A stretch of 64,000 nucleotides of DNA. Origin: Eledone cirrhosa. Lineage: Eukaryota. Made by a program: the position numbers and the translations under genes. Location: assembly GCA_964016885.1 (NCBI GenBank), contig OZ024741.1, positions 24,614,001-24,678,000 on the forward strand. The letters are read 5' to 3'. The first letter of the stretch is position 1; every line of letters begins with the position of its first letter. Below are positions 57,501 to 64,000 of the stretch, in pieces. Under the pieces are notes generated by a model. The model had not been told where the DNA came from, ran no database searches, and saw nothing but the letters and a program-made list of their open reading frames with translations.

Positions 57501-60500
57501 ATCTCTTAGTCAGGTATATATATATATATACTCTCTCAGTCAGGTATATATATATATACTCTCTTAGTCAGGTATATATACTCTCTCAGTCAGGTATATA
57601 TACTCTCTCAGTCAGGTATATATATATATACTCTCTCAGTCAGGTATATATATACTCTCTCAGTCAGGTATATATACTCTCTCAGTCAGGTATATATATA
57701 TATACTCTCTCAGTCAGGTATATATATATATATACTCTCTTAGTCAGGTATATATACACTCTCTCAGTCAGTTATATATATACTCTCTCAGTCAGGTATA
57801 TATACTCTCTCAGTCAGGTATATATATATATACTCTCTCAGTCAGGTATATATATATATATACTCTCTCAGTCAGGTATATATATATATACTCTCTTAGT
57901 CAGGTATATATACTCTCTCAGTCAGGTATATATATATACTCTCTCAGTCAGGTATATATATATATATACTCTCTTAGTCAGGTATATATACTCTCTCAGT
58001 CAGGTATATATATATACTCTCTCAGTCAGGTATATATATATATACTCTCTTAGTCAGGTATATATACTCTCTCAGTCAGGTATATATATATACTCTCTCA
58101 GTCAGGTATATATATATATACTCTCTTAGTCAGGTATATATACTCTCTCAGTCAGGTATATATATATACTCTCTCAGTCAGGTATATATATATATATACT
58201 CTCTCAGTCAGGTATATATATATATACTCTCTTAGTCAGGTATATATACTCTCTCAGTCAGGTATATATATATATAATCTCTTAGTCAGGTATATATACT
58301 CTCTCAGTCAGATATATATATATACTCTCTTAGTCAGGTATATATACTCTCTCAGTCAGGTATATATACTCTCTCTGTCAGGTATATATACTCTCTTAGT
58401 CAGGTATATATAATCTCTTAGTCAGGTATATATACTCTCTTAGTCAGGTATATATACTCTCTCAGTCAGGTATATATAATCTCTCAGTCAGGTATATATA
58501 CTCTCTCAGTCAGGTATATATACACTCTCTCAGTCAGATATATATACTCTCTCAGTCAGGTATATATATATACTCTCTCAGTCAGGTATATATATTCTCT
58601 CAGTCAGGTATATATACTCTCTCAGTCAGGTATATATATATACTCTCTCAGTCAGGTATATATACTCTCTCAGTCAGGTATATATACTCTCTCAGTCAGG
58701 TATATATATATATACTCTCTCAGTCAGGTATATATATACTCTCTTAGTCAGGTATATATACACTCTCTCAGTCAGATATATATACTCTCTCAGTCAGGTA
58801 TATATACACTCTCTCAGTCAGATATATATACTCTCTCAGTCAGGTATATATATATATTCTCTCAGTCAGGTATATATACTCTCTCAGTCAGGTATATATA
58901 CTCTCTCAGTCAGGTATATATATACTCTCTCAGTCAGGTATATATATACTCTCTCAGTCAAGTATATATACTCTCTCAGTCAGGTATATATATATATACT
59001 CTCTTAGTCAGGTATATATACACTCTCTCAGTTATATATATACTCTCTCAGTCAGGTATATATACTCTCTCAGTCAGGTATATATATATATACTCTCTCA
59101 GTCAGGTATATATATATATACTCTCTCAGTCAGGTATATATATATATACTCTCTTAGTCAGGTATATATACTCTCTCAGTCAGGTATATATACTATCTCA
59201 GTCAGGTATATATACTCTCTCAGTCAGGTATATATACTCTCTATCAGGTATATATAATCTCTCAGTCAGGTATATATACTCTCTCAGTCAGGTATATATA
59301 TACTCTCTCAGTCAGGTATATATACTCTCTCAGTCAGGTATATATATATATACACTCTCTCAGTCAGGCATATATAATCTCTCAGTCAGGTATATATATA
59401 CTCTCTCAGTCAGGTATATATATACTCTCTCAGTCAAATATATATACTCTCTCAGTCAGGTATATATATATATACTCTCTTAGTCAGGTATATATACACT
59501 CTCTCAGTCAGGTATATATATACTCTCTCAGTCAGGTATATATACTCTCTCAGTCAGGTATATATACTCTCTCAGTCAGGTATATACACTCTCTCAGTCA
59601 GGTATATACACTCTCTCAGTCAGGTATATATACTCTCTCAGTCAGGTATATATATACTCTCTCAATCAGATATATATATATATACTCTCTTAGTCAGGTA
59701 TATATATATACTCTCTCAGTCACGTATATATATACTCTCTCAGTCAGATATATAGATATACTCTCTCAGTCAGGTATATATACTCTCTCAGTCAGGTATA
59801 TATAATCTCTCAGTCAGGTATATATACTCTCTCAGTCAGATATATATATATACTCTCTTAGTCAGGTATATATACTCTCAGTCAGGTATACATACTCTCT
59901 CAGTCAGGTATATATATATATATACTCTCTTAATCAGGTATATATACTCTCTCAGTCAGGTATATATACTCTCTCAGTCAGGTATATATACTCTCTCAGT
60001 CAGGTATATATATATATATACTCTCTTAGTCAGGTATATATACACTCTCTCAGTCAGTTATATATATACTCTCTCAGTCAGGTATATATACTCTCTCATT
60101 CAGGTATATATACTCTCTCAGTCAGGTATATATACTCTCTCAGTCAGGTATATATACTCTCTCAGTCAGGTATATATACTCTCTCAGTCAGGTATATATA
60201 CTCTCTCAGTCAGGTATATATATACTCTCTCAGTCAGGTATATATACTCTCTCAGTCAGGTATATATACTCTCTCAGCCAGGTATATATACTCTCTCAGT
60301 CAGGTATATATACTCTCTCAGCCAGGTATATATACTCTCTCAGTCAGATATATATACTCTCTCAGTAAGGTATATATATACTCTCTCAGTCAGGTATATA
60401 TACTCTCTCAGTCAGGTATATATACTCTCTCAGCCAGGTATATATACTCTCTCAGTCAGATATATATACTCTCTCAGTAAGGTATATATACTCTCTCAGT

Positions 60501-63500
60501 CAGGTATATATACTCTCTCAGTCAGGTATATATATATATACACTCTCAGTCAGGTATATATATATATACTCTCTTAGTCAGGTATATACACTCTCTCAGT
60601 CAGTTATATATATACTCTCTCAGTCAGATATATATACTCTCTCAGTCAGGTATATATACTCTCTCAGTCAGGTATATATACTCTCTCAGTCAGGTATATA
60701 TACTCTCTCAGTCAGGTATATATACTCTCTCAGTCAGGTATATATACTCTCTCAGTCAGGTATATATATACTCTCTCAGTCAGGTATATATACTCTCTCA
60801 GTCAGGTATATATACTCTCTCAGCCAGGTATATATACTCTCTCAGTCAGATATATATACTCTCTCAGTAAGGTATATATACTCTCTCAGTCAGGTATATA
60901 TACTCTCTCAGTCAGGTATATATACTCTCTCAGTCAGGTATATATATACTCTCTCAGTCAGGTATATATACTCTCTCAGTCAGGTATATATACTCTCTCA
61001 GTCAGGTATATACACTCTCTCTGTCAGGTATATACACTCTCTCAGTCAGGTATATATACTCTCTCAGTCAGGTATATATATACTCTCTCAGTCAGATATA
61101 TATATATATACTCTCTTAGTCAGGTATATATATATACTCTCTCAGTCAGGTATATATATACTCTCTCAGTCAGATATATATATATACTCTCTCAGTCAGG
61201 TATATATACTCTTTCAGTCAGGTATATATACTCTCTCAGTCAGGTATATATAATCTCTCAGTCAGGTATATATAATCTCTAAGTCAGATATATATACTCT
61301 CTCAGTCAGGTATATATACTCTCTTAGTCAGGTATATATACTCTCAGTCAGGTATATATACTCTCTCAGTCAGGTATATATATACTCTCTCAGTCAAATA
61401 TATATACTCTCTCAGTCAGGTATATATATATATACTCTCTTAGTCAGGTATATATACACTCTCTCAGTCAGGTATATATATACTCTCTCAGTCAGGTATA
61501 TATACTCTCTCAGTCAGGTATATATATACTCTCTCAGTCAAATATATATACTCTCTCAGTCAGGTATATATATATATACTCTCTTAGTCAGGTATATATA
61601 CACTCTCTCAGTCAGGTATATATATACTCTCTCAGTCAGGTATATATACTCTCTCAGTCAGGTATATATACTCTCTCAGTCAGGTATATACACTCTCTCA
61701 GTCAGGTATATACACTCTCTCAGTCAGGTATATATACTCTCTCAGTCAGGTATATATATACTCTCTCAATCAGATATATATATATATACTCTCTTAGTCA
61801 GGTATATATATATACTCTCTCAGTCACGTATATATATACTCTCTCAGTCAGATATATAGATATACTCTCTCAGTCAGGTATATATACTCTCTCAGTCAGG
61901 TATATATAATCTCTCAGTCAGGTATATATACTCTCTCAGTCAGATATATATATATACTCTCTTAGTCAGGTATATATACTCTCAGTCAGGTATACATACT
62001 CTCTCAGTCAGGTATATATATATATATACTCTCTTAATCAGGTATATATACTCTCTCAGTCAGGTATATATACTCTCTCAGTCAGGTATATATACTCTCT
62101 CAGTCAGGTATATATATATATACTCTCTTAGTCAGGTATATATACACTCTCTCAGTCAGTTATATATATACTCTCTCAGTCAGGTATATATACTCTCTCA
62201 TTCAGGTATATATACTCTCTCAGTCAGGTATATATACTCTCTCAGTCAGGTATATATACTCTCTCAGTCAGGTATATATACTCTCTCAGTCAGGTATATA
62301 TACTCTCTCAGTCAGGTATATATATACTCTCTCAGTCAGGTATATATACTCTCTCAGTCAGGTATATATACTCTCTCAGCCAGGTATATATACTCTCTCA
62401 GTCAGGTATATATACTCTCTCAGCCAGGTATATATACTCTCTCAGTCAGATATATATACTCTCTCAGTAAGGTATATGTATACTCTCTCAGTCAGGTATA
62501 TATACTCTCTCAGTCAGGTATATATACTCTCTCAGCCAGGTATATATACTCTCTCAGTCAGATATATATACTCTCTCAGTAAGGTATATATACTCTCTCA
62601 GTCAGGTATATATACTCTCTCAGTCAGGTATATATATATATACTCTCTCAGTCAGGTATATATATATATACTCTCTTAGTCAGGTATATACACTCTCTCA
62701 GTCAGTTATATATATACTCTCTCAGTCAGATATATATACTCTCTCAGTCAGGTATATATACTCTCTCAGTCAGGTATATATACTCTCTCAGTCAGGTATA
62801 TATACTCTCTCAGTCAGGTATATATACTCTCTCAGTCAGGTATATATACTCTCTCAGTCAGGTATATATATACTCTCTCAGTCAGGTATATATACTCTCT
62901 CAGTCAGGTATATATACTCTCTCAGCCAGGTATATATACTCTCTCAGTCAGATATATATACTCTCTCAGTAAGGTATATATACTCTCTCAGTCAGGTATA
63001 TATACTCTTTCAGTCAGGTATATATACTCTCTCAGTCAGGTATATATATACTCTCTCAGTCAGGTATATATACTCTCTCAGTCAGGTATATATACTCTCT
63101 CAGTCAGGTATATACACTCTCTCAGTCAGGTATATACACTCTCTCAGTCAGGTATATATACTCTCTCAGTCAGGTATATATATACTCTCTCAGTCAGATA
63201 TATATATATATACTCTCTTAGTCAGGTATATATATATACTCTCTCAGTCAGGTATATATATACTCTCTCAGTCAGATATATATATATACTCTCTCAGTCA
63301 GGTATATATACTCTTTCAGTCAGGTATATATACTCTCTCAGTCAGGTATATATAATCTCTCAGTCAGGTATATATAATCTCTAAGTCAGGTATATATACT
63401 CTCTCAGTCAGGTATATATACTCTCTTAGTCAGGTATATATACTCTCTCAGTCAGAGATATATATATATACTCTCTCAGACAGGTATATATACTCTCTCA

Positions 63501-64000
63501 GTCAGGTATATATAATCTCTCAGTCAGGTATATATACTCTCTCAGTCAGGTATATATACTCTCTCAGTCAGATATATATACTCTCTCAGTCAGGGATATA
63601 CACTCTCTCAGTCAGATATATATACTCTCTCAGTCAGGTATATATATATACTCTCTCAGTCAGGTATATATACTCTCTCAGTCAGGTATATATACTCTCT
63701 CAGTCAGGTATATATATACTCTCTCAGTGAGGTATATATACTCTCTCAGTGAGGTATATATACTCTCTCAGTCAGGTATATATACTCTCTCAGTCAGGTA
63801 TATATATATATACTCTCTTAGTCAGATATATATACACTCTCTCAGTCAGTTATATATATACTCTCTCAGTCAGGTATATATACTCTCTCAGTCAGGTATA
63901 TATACTCTCTCAGTCAGGTATATATATATATACTCTCTCAGTCAGGTATATATATATATACTCTCTTAGTCAGGTATATACACTCTCTCAGTCAGTTATA
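54527..64000. repeat. Large satellite of CTCTCTCAGTCAGG(TA)n units (about 20-32 bp), running off the window end
   Basis: Direct inspection; several hundred units with a variable TA count and higher-order duplications. Confidence 0.98.

Noticed and set aside
54527-64000. Plus-strand unit looks like recursive-splice sites (polypyrimidine-CAG..CAG|GT)
   Set aside because: It is antisense to the only supported gene, and no plus-strand transcript is evident.

Overview
AT-rich, repeat-dense animal genomic DNA. The SINE and LINE families suggest a cephalopod, probably an octopus (inference). Two minus-strand spliced genes were assembled by hand from GT-AG junctions and phases. The first is a complete 13-exon type I protein arginine methyltransferase, PRMT6-like (32853 to 1171, 1065 nt CDS, 354 aa). 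The second is the last 3-4 coding exons of an animal heme peroxidase (41852 to about 37502), whose upstream exons lie beyond the window. The introns hold RTE-clade LINEs (two near-identical young copies with a PHD finger inside the RT), a trematode-like RTE fragment, a Tx1/L1-like LINE fused to an RTE copy, a non-autonomous Helitron, tRNA-derived SINEs, MITEs, several minisatellites and a satellite of more than 9 kb at the right end. Three signals stand out: (a) several minimal type I hammerhead ribozyme motifs, some in head-to-head inverted repeats typical of Penelope-like elements and two on the PRMT6 pre-mRNA strand; (b) intronic tandem arrays whose unit is a copy of the adjacent splice-acceptor/exon junction; (c) the PHD-in-RT RTE family, whose endonuclease begins between an in-frame stop and the first ATG.
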